A stretch of 63,077 nt of DNA, counting the filler, from Sphacelaria rigidula (lineage: Eukaryota): the NCBI GenBank assembly GCA_964200075.2. It is 11 parts of 11 records of this genome, joined end to end, with 100 filler letters (N's around TTAATTAATTAA, not from the genome) between each part and the next. Parts side by side here need not be neighbours in the genome. Positions count along the whole stretch, not along the records: positions 11,489 to 17,132 come from CAXNAA020025615.1; positions 17,233 to 22,876 come from CAXNAA020025616.1; positions 22,977 to 28,619 come from CAXNAA020025617.1; 8 more parts are not named here. One strand, 5' to 3'. Numbering within the stretch: the stretch's first letter is position 1; each line of letters begins with the position of its first letter. The translations under genes were made by a program, and so were the position numbers. Under the pieces are notes generated by a model that saw only the letters and a program-made list of their open reading frames with translations, was not told the DNA's origin and did not search any database. This document shows positions 13,061 to 25,103 of this stretch, in pieces.

Positions 13061-13267
13061 GTGGAGCAGTTTGTCATCAGATGGCTCATCCAAAACGTGT
13101 GGTACCAGGGGAAAACGCAAAACGGAAGGTAGTTGCGACAATGGCGATGTCGGGTCTGGTGAAAAGCTACTGTACTTGCTGCAGAAGTGGAATATCTGGA
13201 ACACTGTATTGGCCGTGACAAGAATCGATGGGGGGTTTGTACAGGCGGAGATTCTTGGAATTCGCAG
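13061..13267 (+). CDS. IMPACT/UPF0029-like gene, second visible exon
   Basis: TAG acceptor, GTGCGT donor, in phase; EGSCDNGDVGSGEKLLYLLQKWNIWNTVLAVTRIDGG...LGIRR matches DDGExxAGxxLLxLL...NxLVxVxRxxGGxxLG. Confidence 0.82.
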
Positions 13268-13412
13268 GTGCGTTGACTGAGGGAGCACCACATGACCTGC
13301 CTATCATTCGGACTACGGACTGGGCTTGATCTCCGTTTTTGCGATACGTTTGGACGGTCGGATGAATAGCGATTTCCCTAAACCTTGCTTGCTTACAGTG
13401 TAAGTGGTTTGT

Positions 13413-13967
13413 ACCGTACAAATAAACCCTTGGACTTTGTTTTCAGAGTCGCACCTCAGGTACGCCCACCCCCAGACACGTGGAATAGCGCAAAGACTGT
13501 GTACGGACGTTTTTTATCCACGGCCAACTTTTTTCTTCTCTCTTTCGAGCAATCGGGCCTCAGAAATCGTAGATTTGGTTATTCGAACCAAAGACGGGCA
13601 GGCCTTTGCTTCGTGGGCCTTTTGGGGTTAAAACCCATCGCGTTTTTGTCCCAAAAGGCCTCACGGAGAAAAAACCCGGCGATGATTCGTCCGCCCCTAG
13701 ACGAAGCGTTTAGGATCGCCAAAAACAGGAGCAGGCTTGCGCACCGTTCGAGAACATCTCTCTCTCCCACACTATGCACGTTTCACAAGCGGCGTCCCGT
13801 ACACATCCCGGTTATTTGCTCTGTCAAATGCACACACTTGAAAACTTGATATCAATACCGATGGGCTAGCGTAAGTTGTGGATCAGCAAATTTGCGTTGA
13901 AGTGCGTCCAATACGTGCAAATGTATCAAAAATTTATCATAAATCTCTGGGCTCTAATATCACGCGG
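13413..13967. mobile_element. Intronic MITE-like repeat
   Basis: Left end TACCGTACAAATAAACCCTTGGACTTTGTTTTCAG matches 9423-9540; right boundary approximate. Confidence 0.5.
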
Positions 13968-14011
13968 CTTACTTGACTTGTTCTATGGACTCATTCCCAG
14001 ACGCAGTGAAT

Positions 14012-14110
14012 CCTCCCCTCCGTCTCGAAAGGGATGCGTGGTCAATGGTCAGACGACTAAGGCAAGCAACACATGAGAACGCCCCCTCCCCCCCCCGCCC
14101 TTCCCACCCC
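14012..14110 (+). mobile_element. Short retroposon 3' end, family D (C-rich tail)
   Basis: CCGTCTCGAAAGGGATGCGTGGTCAATGGTC.ACGACTAAGGCAAGCAACA.A.GAG also at 5879-5940(+) and 41763-41828(-). Confidence 0.75.
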
Positions 14111-14125
14111 GATTTTACTTCCAAG

Positions 14126-16076
14126 ATACAAGTTTGTCGTCGACAGAGCGAACCGAGTGCTCGAGAGCAGTCATCTGGGGTCCCTGCGTCGCGCCGTGGA
14201 CATCGATCTAAATCCAACGCTCGCCATATCACGAAACAAGAGTAATGCGGTGAAACCCAATAAACCTCACCTACCCGACAACCAGCACGGTCCCGAGGGA
14301 TGGGCGGTGGACATTCGCATACGCCGGCGAGGTGACCCGCGAGTCGGACCCGAAGCCGCCGCCGAGGACGAATGGGATCGCTTCGTTAAAGCATCTTCCG
14401 TTTCTCAAGAAAATGCCGAGATGAACGGTAGCGGCGGCAGCGTAGACAAGGAAAGGCCGAAAGCCTTACCGGGGTTCGGTAGCGAAAGCGTAACGGGCGC
14501 TGACACGCAGAGTTGCTCCTCCGGTCGAGTTAGTTGTGCGGTCTCACCGTGTTCGTCGGATCAACCGAGACAAGAGTCCGTGAAGCGTCGTGGTAGAAGT
14601 ATCGCGAGGGTGCCCGGAAACGGCATCAACAACGTGCCATCAACGGAAGTGAAGAACGGCCGGGAAGAGAAACGGCGTGATCGGAGGCTGGTTAATAGTG
14701 ATCTTGACAGCAGTATTTGTAGGGGGTACAGCAGAAGAGCGCTGTCGCTGGCACAGCTGAATATATCTTCCGAAACCGTGGAGTTTCCGGCTGGGCACGT
14801 GCCGTGCGTCATGGGCACCAAGGGCTACGGCAAGAAGCGTGGCCGCGTTAACTACTTCGCCGTCAGAACATCACCACTGACGACATCCTTGCATCCATGC
14901 CTCGACAAACTACGCGAGGCCGAAGATACCGAAAACACCACTGCATGTTGCATCTCTGACGTTCTGAATTCACCGTCACTGATACCGTCAATCCCTGCGC
15001 CACCCAACATGATACCGGATTGGATCTGCGCTCTCGAAAAGGATCCAACATCAGCGACCAATTGCCCTGGTCAACTGGGAGGCGTTGCGGCCTCGAGGAG
15101 AGGTGAAGATGGCAGCGGCAGCAGATGGAGCTCATCGTACTCAACCCACGGAGAAGTATTATGCCACGAAATATCCACGAACACCGGTACTTCTGCGTCC
15201 CGCGTGTCAAGCTCCGGCACCCTAAACTCTCCCAGTCGGGTATCCGCTATCGTACACGGTGTGTCTTCCGGCGTACACAGAGATCATGATCCATTACACC
15301 CTCCACCCATTATAAACCACCCGTACAGTCATCCTGACGCCATTTCACGTGGTGGCGGTAAGGGTAAAAGTGGAAGAGCGAGGAGAGGCGGTGAGACCCC
15401 GGTTGCATCAGCAGGAGTGGGCGCTGGGGTTTGCATCACCTCCGCATTGCACTCCAGATATGGAAAAAACAACACACTTGTAGCACCCGCTACTACGATC
15501 AGTTCGAACGATAAACAAACTCAGGGGTCATTGTGGTCTCATGCGAGCAGCAGCACCTTAGCGCACACATGCGGAGAAGAAAATTCAGTACCTCTGACCA
15601 CTGCTACTGCCCGCGAAATCATCGGAGAGAAATGTTACGCAGAACCGATGATACGACGAGACGTCTCGCACGACGCGTGGAGGAGCGGCGCCCCGGCCCC
15701 TCTCAGCAGCAAGCAACAATCCGCTCGAGTGGTTTTCGCAGAAAACACGCCTTCCGGTGGTGGAGGGAACACAGCGATTGAGGGCGATCCGGAGCAACGA
15801 CGGCGGCGTGGCGAAACTGGTAAGGACTGCTGCCGAGGTAGCCCCCCCCCGTACCGGCCAAAAACGTGCACGGAGGCGATCATCATAAATGCCGTTAGAG
15901 TTGGCTTCGTGCTGCACGACGCGACTGATTTGGGCGTTATAGCTGAATTCGGACTGCTACACGTCTGTCATGTGGGAGAAATTGCTGCAAACGAGCGCAA
16001 AAGTGGGATCGCAGCCGGTTTGTCGGACGGTATCCGTTGCATTTTTTGTGGGGGTGCTATCTCGGCATTAGTCTAA
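14126..16076 (+). CDS. IMPACT-like gene, long probable terminal exon (end of domain plus ~630 aa Ser/Gly/Pro/Arg-rich tail)
   Basis: TTCCAAG acceptor gives an in-frame junction R|YKFVVDRANRVLE (IMPACT RFxxIxxxARxxL); 1.95-kb uninterrupted ORF; an internal donor cannot be excluded. Confidence 0.72.
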
Positions 16077-16882
16077 GGCAAGGGGTATTGTGTCAAAATA
16101 GTGACAGGAATCCACAGTTCGAAACTATACGTCTTCTTTTGACATTAAACGATACCGCGGGGGTGTAGGTGGCTTCGAGGTAGCCCACGGAAGGCCTTCT
16201 CCCACAGGATTTGGTGGGGTCACCGCAAATAATCAGGGGTTTGTGTACTGCACCCCCTTTTCCTTGCCGTCACGTAGAGTGGAGGTGTATCGAAATTGCG
16301 CTAGGCTGAAATTCAGCATTTGTTTTACCTGCCCTGTTGTTCTCGACAACACACAAGTACTTCTACAGCCGCTCACCTCCCGCTTGGTACGTGAAATACA
16401 TTCAAAGGCGGCGCATTGTATCCGCAGGAACTGGCTTCACTTCTGCGGGAGTCGCGCATCATGAGCATCGCGGCGACGGGAGGAAAGGATGCAAGAGCGC
16501 GGGCACCAATGACGTCGGAGGCACTGCGAGGTCGATACCAACCAGCGTTCGCGGGTGGAGAGACGACCCCAGCATTAGTACCACCAGCGATAGCGGTATG
16601 GATGGAATTGTCGCGCCTTCTCGGAACGCCGAAGGGCATCGGCAGTCAGACGTGAACAACGGGGCTCGTGTTGCTGCTGGTCATGTTCGTGGCGATGCTA
16701 GCGGTGGGCAAGATGGAGAGGTTTTTGCAGGACAAGGTACACCGGTACCAGCACTGCTGCATTTTTTATGTTCACAATAAAGCGCCACGATGATCTTTCA
16801 GCGAGCACTGATAGACAGACATTGACAAATTAAGGAAAGTACGTATACATTTTCATGCATCGCGTGACACTAGTTACATATA

Positions 16883-17132
16883 CTTCCTCTGTCCCATCAG
16901 TAAGGTCCGTTATGGAGGATAGGCCGTACCTCGCCAACGGAGGTGCTCACGATGTTATAGTTAGGTTTGTTGAAAATATATAGTAATGGATACGGCCACT
17001 GGAAAAAACAAAAACAAAATAATCAACCTACAACCTTGTAATCGTTGGGTCAAACATGGCCAAATTTCGACCAAATTTCGCCAATCTGTACATTGTCGGT
17101 CGAATTTCGACGAATTTGGCTCATTTTGAAGT
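16883..17132. mobile_element. Stowaway-like MITE, left end (cut by contig end)
   Basis: TA|CTTCCTCTGTCCCAT; shares CCAACGGAG.TGCTCACGATG.TA.AGTTA with 775-810. Confidence 0.75.
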
Positions 17133-17306
17133 NNNNNNNNNNNNNNNNNNNNNNNNNNNNNNNNNNNNNNNNNNNNTTAATTAATTAANNNNNNNNNNNN
17201 NNNNNNNNNNNNNNNNNNNNNNNNNNNNNNNNCGGACATTTGGGGGGAAGATAGATGGCTTCGCTCGGTCGCTAGTGTTTCGCGTCTTCCCTGCAAAAGA
17301 GAAATG

Positions 17307-17801
17307 TCACTTCAACCCCATATTTTGTATCAACCCCATTTTCTGGGATCCACTATTGTCTCTTAGTAGTGCATGCCTGCGTCCCCTGTTCCTGCTCAGG
17401 AGCTGTACGATCTCCCTTGTCCAGTTGTTGTAGTCTTCGACAGCACCGCTGAACATCGGGTATTTTATGCGATATGTGTCACATCCTGAAGTCAGAGCTT
17501 CGCCTTGCCTGCTACTATACAAGTAGTCGCCAGCCACCACCGTTGTGCCACTTCTGTCGCCATCACCCGCACCAGCACCCACGGTTTCAGCGCCAGATAC
17601 CCTCTCCGTATCTCCACTGTAAACAGGAGCTGCCGCCGGGGACTCTTGTCATCTTTCAGCCGTCAGTTTCTCGAGAAGCCTGGTGATCGTGTCGAACTGT
17701 TTTGTCAGTAGCTCGGTCCTCTCGGCAACTTCGTTGAGCCGATTGCTGTTTTCACCGACTTGCCCTGCCAGCGACACATTCGTTCTCCTCTCCTCGGTCA
17801 T
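17307..17801 (-). pseudogene. Decayed gag-like ORF of an LTR retrotransposon
   Basis: MTEERRTN...coiled coil, in-frame TGA at 17649-17651, then IKYPMFSGAVEDYNNWTREI, resembling the gag N-terminal PxFxGxxxxYxxW motif. Confidence 0.6.
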
Positions 17802-18434
17802 GTTGCACACTCAGTAGCGGAACACTCAAGGAGCGCTAGCATGTTGAGATATTCTACCTACTATCGTAGCGCAGGCCTCAGGTTGTAGGTCAAGTTTCAA
17901 TTTTGGCACGGTGCACGAAGCATGGCTTGCGGGTCATGCCCGGCCATGAGCAGTTCAGCGGTAGAAAACGTAGATAGCACAAGGAGCGAATCAATATGCT
18001 TGTGTACAGAACAAATCAATCAATTAACTATTCCTCTGCATCTGTGTACAAAACATTCCCAAGATCCACTTATGCTCAACGAATAAACAACAGTGGCTAT
18101 ATTCTAGCCTTCCGAATCCATTTACTGAAACTACCAAATGGGAGACCCGCAATCTTATTAGGGCCGTTATTATCGACACAGTTTTTTGGGAGATCGTTAT
18201 GATTTTAGGCATTCTCGCACCTTTTTTAGAACCTTCTCCCAGAATAAAGCGACGAGATATTTTCGCCAAGTCTTCACGTTTGGCGAATGCCTAATATTTC
18301 GGACCCCAGCACAATACTCCGCAGAGCTGCCCTTGGCGCACGCCGCGGTGCTCGCAAGCATGCGAGAATCATCAGGAACCTTGCTAGTGACACCCTGGGC
18401 TATGTCGTAAAGTAAAAAGCACCACGGGTTAGCG

Positions 18435-18690
18435 GTATCTATCTCCTTAGACGGTGTGTGCCCCGGCAGCGGTGTTGGAGCTGTTGGGGCCAAGCACGGT
18501 GGTCGTCGTTTGCATACATACGCACTTTCGAAGCGAAGAGCAGAAACAAGCCAGTAGCTACCTACTTGCCTGTAGTGCTGCTACGAGGGTACGCTACCGC
18601 ACCGTCTGAAAAGTGTACAGCTGGTGGTTTGATTGGGTGTATCTGCGCATACAATTCACAGAAAGCAAGCATGCTGCAATCTATGCACGG
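18435..18690 (+). repeat. Diverged interspersed repeat shared with 20-290
   Basis: CTTAGA.GGTGTGTG...CCAGTAGC.ACCTAC.TGCCTG...GTGTATCT...ACAGAAAGCAAGC in both places. Confidence 0.65.
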
Positions 18691-18786
18691 GGCTTTCTAC
18701 AGTCGGTATTCTTACTCATGTGTGCTGCTGCAGCATCCCGAGAGAGCCGGTCGATGACGCCCTAGTCTGTCCGACTGCCCCCCCCG

Positions 18787-19044
18787 TGTCACAGAGAGGT
18801 TGTGATAAATATGTTTACCACAGTTATGAACGCCATACACGGGCAGGTAGCATAACCCTGTCCTTTATTTTGCCGGCGAAGGTAAGCAAACGATGAGATA
18901 TCTAACTGCAACAGTAGGTCTAGATAATAACGAGCCCTAGGCGAATGCCGAAATTTCAGACCTTCTCTCATCTCGTTTATGTGTCGATAGTAGAGGCCCT
19001 TACCCTATATCCTTCTACACAGGGTCATTATGTACCCTGTAACA
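18787..19044 (-). mobile_element. 3' LTR (258 bp) of a Ty3/gypsy element, with polypurine tract
   Basis: Minus strand TGTTACAG...CTGTGACA inverted termini, preceded by PPT GAGGGGGGA (19045-19053) and lying downstream of an integrase relic. Confidence 0.75.
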
Positions 19045-19299
19045 TCCCCCCTCGAAATATTTGCCAAGTGCTTTACCAGGTATAACCTAATCAGTTAAGA
19101 CCAGTGCAATCGATCCGAGACCGCGTGATATGAAAGGGTAACCCCAAATACACTTCTCTATGGCTTTTCACCGGGAAGGTACGGAATAGAGGCTCGTTTC
19201 GGCTACACCTAGATTCGGCTGCCACCCGTTTCGGCTGCACCCATGGGAACGGGAATTTTTCTCCTCTACTGCATCTCCGAGCTTGAGTACTGTTCCACC

Positions 19300-20085
19300 C
19301 TTGTTCATCCTACATGGGATTCTTCACCCGGGAATCACTCACCCGGGCCTATTCTAAACTGCTAATCTACGCATATCCCTCCTGCTGAGTTCCAACCACT
19401 CGCCGTTCGGGTATCTCACGCGTCAGTATGAAAGTTAATCATATACCTCACCTGTTTCTACTTTATCGCCGACGTTCCCGGGGAGTGTCTTATGATGATT
19501 GCATTCCGTCTCTGTCGAGCCTTTTGCTTGTTTCCCTGTCTGTTTTTGGTTATATCATGTGTTCCACGGAATTCTCTAGACCTAACGCGGCACATTTGTC
19601 GTACGAGTGTCTAGGGCAGCCGGAAGAGTACGACCGAAAAGGATTTGAAATGGGGGCATGTTGGAAGGGACGGACAGATCTGGGAGTGTACCTTTGGTCC
19701 AACACGTTGGGTCCACATACCCGTCCCACTTGTCAGACCATGATTTGCACAGTTCGTATAATGCATCGTGCGTCCATGCCCCTTCTCTCTCAACCGTACC
19801 CTGATTTCTTGGGTGATTTGTGGATCGGTAGTCCATTGATACGCTAAGACATCTACATAATACCTTACTCATGCTGCTGCGAACTCCCCCTTGTTTGGCT
19901 GCGAATTGATCCAGGCATAACGAGCGTTTGGCACAGGATCAATAGGATGCGGGCCGCCGGTATCGACTCTTTCGTCGGTCGGGGGTAGGCAGTAGGGTTT
20001 TGGTGCCCAGTCGATAACCTGTGGCATGTATCGATCACCAGATGTATAATGCAGTGAATGTCCTGCAAGTCAATCTCCAATATCA
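19300..20085 (-). pseudogene. Decayed Ty3/gypsy integrase core
   Basis: Frameshifted LEIDLQD..LVID..AYP.PTKE..ARILL..P.SIRS and NHPRNQGTVER..WDGYV..PFQILFGR. Confidence 0.8.
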
Positions 20086-20090
20086 TAGCC

Positions 20091-20160
20091 GCGTCCCGGT
20101 GGTGTAATGGTCCGACTGTCGCCATACGGGTGGAGAGAACGGGGATTCAATTCCCGATGC
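20091..20160 (+). ncRNA. tRNA-like sequence (tRNA pseudogene or SINE head)
   Basis: A box TGGTGTAATGG, B box/T arm CGGGGATTCAATTCCCG, pairing ends GCGTC/GATGC, T-run downstream; anticodon arm is non-canonical. Confidence 0.55.
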
Positions 20161-22990
20161 GTTGGGTTTTTTCTTCGTAATGTATAATTTTCACCGTGGA
20201 AAACGTGAGAACGTGAGTAAACAAAGTAGTCGACTAGGGTTGTGTGACGTGAGTTGACGCGGTGCGGAGGTGCTGACCCAGTTCGCGAGACCAAAATGAA
20301 AGGCACGTACCAGGGGAGAGATGGGTTAATCCCTTGAGACCACGGACTCATCCCGAGGAAGGGGAGGGGTTCAAAGTGTGAGAAAAAAAAACGTTCAGGG
20401 CTACAAAAGGCAACTCTTTAGCATCGTTATTGATTGAGACCGAGCGTACTCTCGACAGTCGCTGTTCGTACTGTTCGAGCAGAATTGACCCTACAATAAT
20501 AGCATGGTGTGTGCTAATCCAGTGCGCTCGTATTGAGTGTGTACCAGTGCTGTCAGGTCACGAATCAGTTGTCGCTGGATGACTAGAGCTGAATAATGCT
20601 CATCACCGGTACCCACAGCAGACAACGGTCGTCCCTGGTGTAGTGCTCTAAGGCATTCTTCGAGTCTTCTCTCTTCGCATCGTTGAATAGAGCAACTCGT
20701 GTTTAGCTAAGTTCTGGTCTGCTGTTACTTTTCTCTCCCTTCTTTTTTTTTCGCGATTAGCTTTCAACGACTAGACTGGGTAAATCGTGGAAAACACTGA
20801 TAGCGTTGGGTTTTCGGACATGAAAGTAGACGAATTCGTAACACAACCCGCAGGTGTTAAACACTCCTTACAAATTACGGCAACATGCGACCATGTCTTT
20901 TTCAACACTTTCAGACATGAAACGCTGTGGGGCTAATCGTTCTCAAATCTCGTGAACAGTACAGTCAAAAAGATAACATAGCTCCACAAAACCCAAACGC
21001 CTGAGTTGTAAGATAAAAAGTATAGAAATAATATGATGAACAGATCTGGGATAAATGTACATTCAAGGAACGCATGAGTTGACCGTGATGTATCAAGATA
21101 TTGTGCCGGTTATCAGTACTTCCATGATACGTCGTCACGATGGAGTCGCGATATACGGTCTTGATACATCACACAGCTCAAGAAACGACGATTGGTATTC
21201 GTTGGGTGTGAAGGTGCAGTGAAAACAAGATAATATACTGAAAGCAAACATTGATTGATTGATTCATTGTCGTACTTTAACTGACCCCCGTCCAGCCGTG
21301 GTCTGACATAGAAGCATCCAACTCGAGATAAACACTCTAACACCAGGGAGAAGCGTGGCCCGCACAACGGACTATTGGCGGGAGCGACTGTTACGGAAGC
21401 GAAAGCTCGCCGCAAAGGTAGTGGAGACGATGCTAGTAGCAGACAGCGTCTTTGAAAGCTGATGCGCTTGCAGAAGGTCCAACACATCTTAGCTGGGCAG
21501 TAAGTCGCCGTGCTGCGGTGCGGGGTTGGCGGCTTGTGCTACTGACATCTTACTGTTTTGGTGTGGCGCATAGTTGCTCACTGCGATGAGGTGGCGTGTG
21601 GGTACAGGAACGATGTAGTAATCCTGTTGAGCATGAGTTTCGTCGTTGAAATACCTCGTTACTAAAGCGGAGTACCACATCGCAGCAGCAGTCGTTTCTC
21701 GCACTATTCTCGTTCATACAGCCAAGGCATAAGAGACATGCTCCACGAAGTAACTGTTACGGGTAGAAGGACGCGGTGCCCCACAGGGCGGGGCTGTGTA
21801 CAGATATCAGCGAAATAGCTGCCTGCCAAATAAACGTCCGGCCCGCCAGAGCTTTCTACAATGCAACATATCATCAGTAACAAGCAGCAGTATGGTACGC
21901 TAGGCGTCAGCGGCCAAGTGCACAAATAGGGAGTCTGCATAGGTCGGCCTCCCGAATATGTCAGAATAGACCACGGCAAGGTAAGTGCGTATGATAAGAG
22001 TGTAAACGTAAAGAATCAACTGGGGAATAGTAACACATACAATCGGTTATCATACCCCTAGCCAAGATGAGATAAGGTACGCGATGTTCAGTCACACCTA
22101 ACAGTTACAGTAGTGGGCGGTCTAACTGTTCATTTTGTTGCACTTTGTGATTTTTTTGTAACTGGCTATTTTCTTCGGCTTCTTTCTGCGTCAGGTGGTA
22201 TGGAACCGACTTATATTTTCATGTGCCCCGAGACTTCCAACGTGTACTAACCGTGCCCTCTATTACTACCGCCCTTGTTTTACCTCCTACATTATTGTCT
22301 TGGGTGTGTCGCATCCCGATGAGGGAACTGGCGCTGAACGTGATTGCGTCGGGGAGGACACGTAGGAAGCACTGAACGGTTTACCAATACCGGTATTTTC
22401 CGGCGTTGAGTGTCAGAAGTTTGACTTGCTTTAGCTAATTCCGGGCACATGTTACACTGTAGCATAGCAGGGCTATCACCTTGGTGTAACTAAACATGAT
22501 CCTAATTTTTTCCCACGCTAGTAATCGATTGTATGGTTTGTTATTCACCAGATATGGCTTCTTGACGCACCCTGTACCGCAGTTGGATACTACCTTGTTT
22601 CTTCCCTGTACCGTAGTTGGACACTACTTTGTTTAGTTACTTTAGACTTGGTGTTCGATATCATGGAGCCACTCATCTTCCTGTGCATTGTCTTGCCATG
22701 ATTTCATCAGTACGCGGACCATATCTCTTGCCTTATATCTTCCTTTGACTAATGCCGAGATAGCCCCCCCACAAAAAGTGCACCGGCACCATCCAACGAA
22801 CCGGCTGCGATCCCACTATTGGGATCGTTTGCAGCAACTTCGCCCACATGAGAAGCGTGTTGCAGTCCGAAATCAGNNNNNNNNNNNNNNNNNNNNNNNN
22901 NNNNNNNNNNNNNNNNNNNNTTAATTAATTAANNNNNNNNNNNNNNNNNNNNNNNNNNNNNNNNNNNNNNNNNNNNCCCCCCAGATCCAA

Positions 22991-23500
22991 TGGGGCTGGC
23001 GTCGGTTGGCGATGGCGCTATAAAACACGCCACTCACTGCGTAAGCTAGGCAATCAGGTGACCGTTTGTTTGCGCGCTTGCGTTTTTTTTGGCGATCACC
23101 ATGATGGTGGCCGAGCTAGATCATGCTGTGCGGCGTGGGAGAACCTCAACTCCGCACAGTGGCGATGGTCGTACTGCGTAGTGTTTAAATGGTGAGGAAC
23201 CCATGAGGCAGTGCATAAGACGTGGCTGCCTCTGGAAGTGGCGATACCAGAGAATAAATCAACTCATTAGAGGGTGTCATTCAAATGCAAGTTAACTAGT
23301 AGGCTCTGGGCCGAACAATCTTAGCAGGATGCAGCTCACCCCTGATGCGACTCGCCGAACACACCACGGCGCTTTGCGTTTGGTGATTGAGTGCGAGTCT
23401 GGTCCGGCATAAACCCAGCGTGCTCCGCCCCGGCTTTGTAGGGATGCGAGGTCAATTGTCCTACGACTATGACATGCATGATCATGAGTACACCTCCCCA
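22991..23500 (+). mobile_element. Family C retroposon (SINE/LINE 3' part, C-rich tail) with target-site duplication
   Basis: Flanked by CCCCAGATCCAA at 22979-22990 and 23496-23507; near-identical pieces at 11322-11388(+), 34235-34362(-), 40206-40280(-), 63005-63077(-). Confidence 0.8.
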
Positions 23501-25103
23501 GATCCAACCGGTCCAACTACCGGCCGCGGCCGCTCAGCCGCCCGCGGTTGGTGGCTGGTGCATGAACCCCGTAGGACAACCTGGGGCTCCACCCCCTTAC
23601 CCCCAACCCCAGCAACAACCAGCACATGGAGTACCCCACCCGCCCGGAGGAAACGTAGTGCCACCACTGCCCACGCCGCGCCCACGATCACAAGCTGTTA
23701 TCCAGCACCCCCAGGGGTACGCGCAACCCTCAACCGTACCGGGAACCGTGGCCAACACAGGAGGCGGGCCATCGGCGCATCAACAGGCACTTCAGCCGGA
23801 CATCACCTCCGTTCCGCAGGGGGCTCAGGTATCTCGTACAACTCTAACCTACCTCCGGACGCACGTAGTAAGGCTATCCGCCGCATTCACGGTGTGCTAG
23901 GAAATGCTTCAGAACCGGTTTTTGTCGGACTAGGTAGAGGCGAAGTCAAAACGTTATACACTACATACGCTGCTACATTCGCTGACAGGCTGGCTAAGAC
24001 GCTCAGAAACATGGCTCAAGGAATATGGCCCCTCCCCACCGATACCTACACTAAAGCAGGCGTCTACCGCCCACTACCTGACTCGATGCCGTCCTCTTGT
24101 AAAGAGTTCCTGAGCGGACTGCTTGCTGACTTTTTAGGTACTCATGATGGATTGCAAAGCGGTAGAGCTGTAGAAGCACCAACTATCCACGAGTCATTCA
24201 TCACGTTACAACCCGATGAAGTCTCAGTGACTGGGTGGTTACGTAAACTTGTGAGGGAATCCGCTCTCCAACCCGGTGCAGCAGAGACCGCACGGCTTTC
24301 TCTGGACAACGTCACTATCAAACAGAGGGAAGCTTGGTCGGCCGCCGCTCGCCGCCTGGTTTTCCTCTACAGGGCCTTCACCGTAGATTCAGATATGCCT
24401 CACGCGTCGGAGGAGATATACTTCTGGAGATACGTCTCCGAAGCCCACTTCAACGACCTCACTGAACGAGCACTCAGACTCCTGATTACCTTTGCCTTGG
24501 ACCAGTCTAGTCTGCAATGCATCATACGTTACCAGGGTGTCACTAGAACTGAGGCCCTTACGTGTAGAAGCGCAGGACCCAGTGGGGGCAAGGATGATGA
24601 ACAGAGGAGCGGTAGCAGAGGCAATTTTCTTCGACTTTGTCAAGTTAGTGGGAAACAGGAGCATATGATACCTAGACTCAGCACCTATCATCGAACCTTC
24701 CTCGCGTAATACTTCTCGCGCAGCGTCCATTTCCGAACTCCGGGCACTGATGGGACAGTCGAAAGAAGATCTGGATAAAGCACTCCTCGCTAGACACAAC
24801 GCTATCGCAGCATGTAGCGGAGGTAGCGTGAATGTACCACCAAACCTAGCCATGTGCCCTCACACACAGCAGAACATGTGGCAAGAGCCAGGCCCATCAT
24901 GTCATCACTGCGCACGCACCTGCCAGCGAGCAACCCCAACCCTAAGTTGTCACGGTACAGTTGCAGCCTTCTCCGATCAGCCCGCCTCAACACCGGGTCA
25001 GCACGGCGTACCTTCCACGGGCAAATTCATCTATTCACTTGCATCCCCTGCAAAAATACATACCCAAAAGGCATATCAGCCTCCACGACACAAGGTTAAG
25101 TAG
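23501..25103 (+). pseudogene. Disrupted gag-like ORF region of an unclassified retroelement
   Basis: Pro/Gln-rich frame (23469-23900) overlaps a ~290-aa helical frame ending at 24709, continuing after a stop at 24750; intronless; no diagnostic motif recognised. Confidence 0.4.

Noticed and set aside
23335..23370. Hammerhead in family C (CCTGATGCGACTCGCCGAAC)
   Set aside because: No GAAA, and the core is not conserved in the 40206 copy
23387..23500. N-terminus of the 440-aa ORF
   Set aside because: Lies within the inserted family C element, so the start codon is spurious
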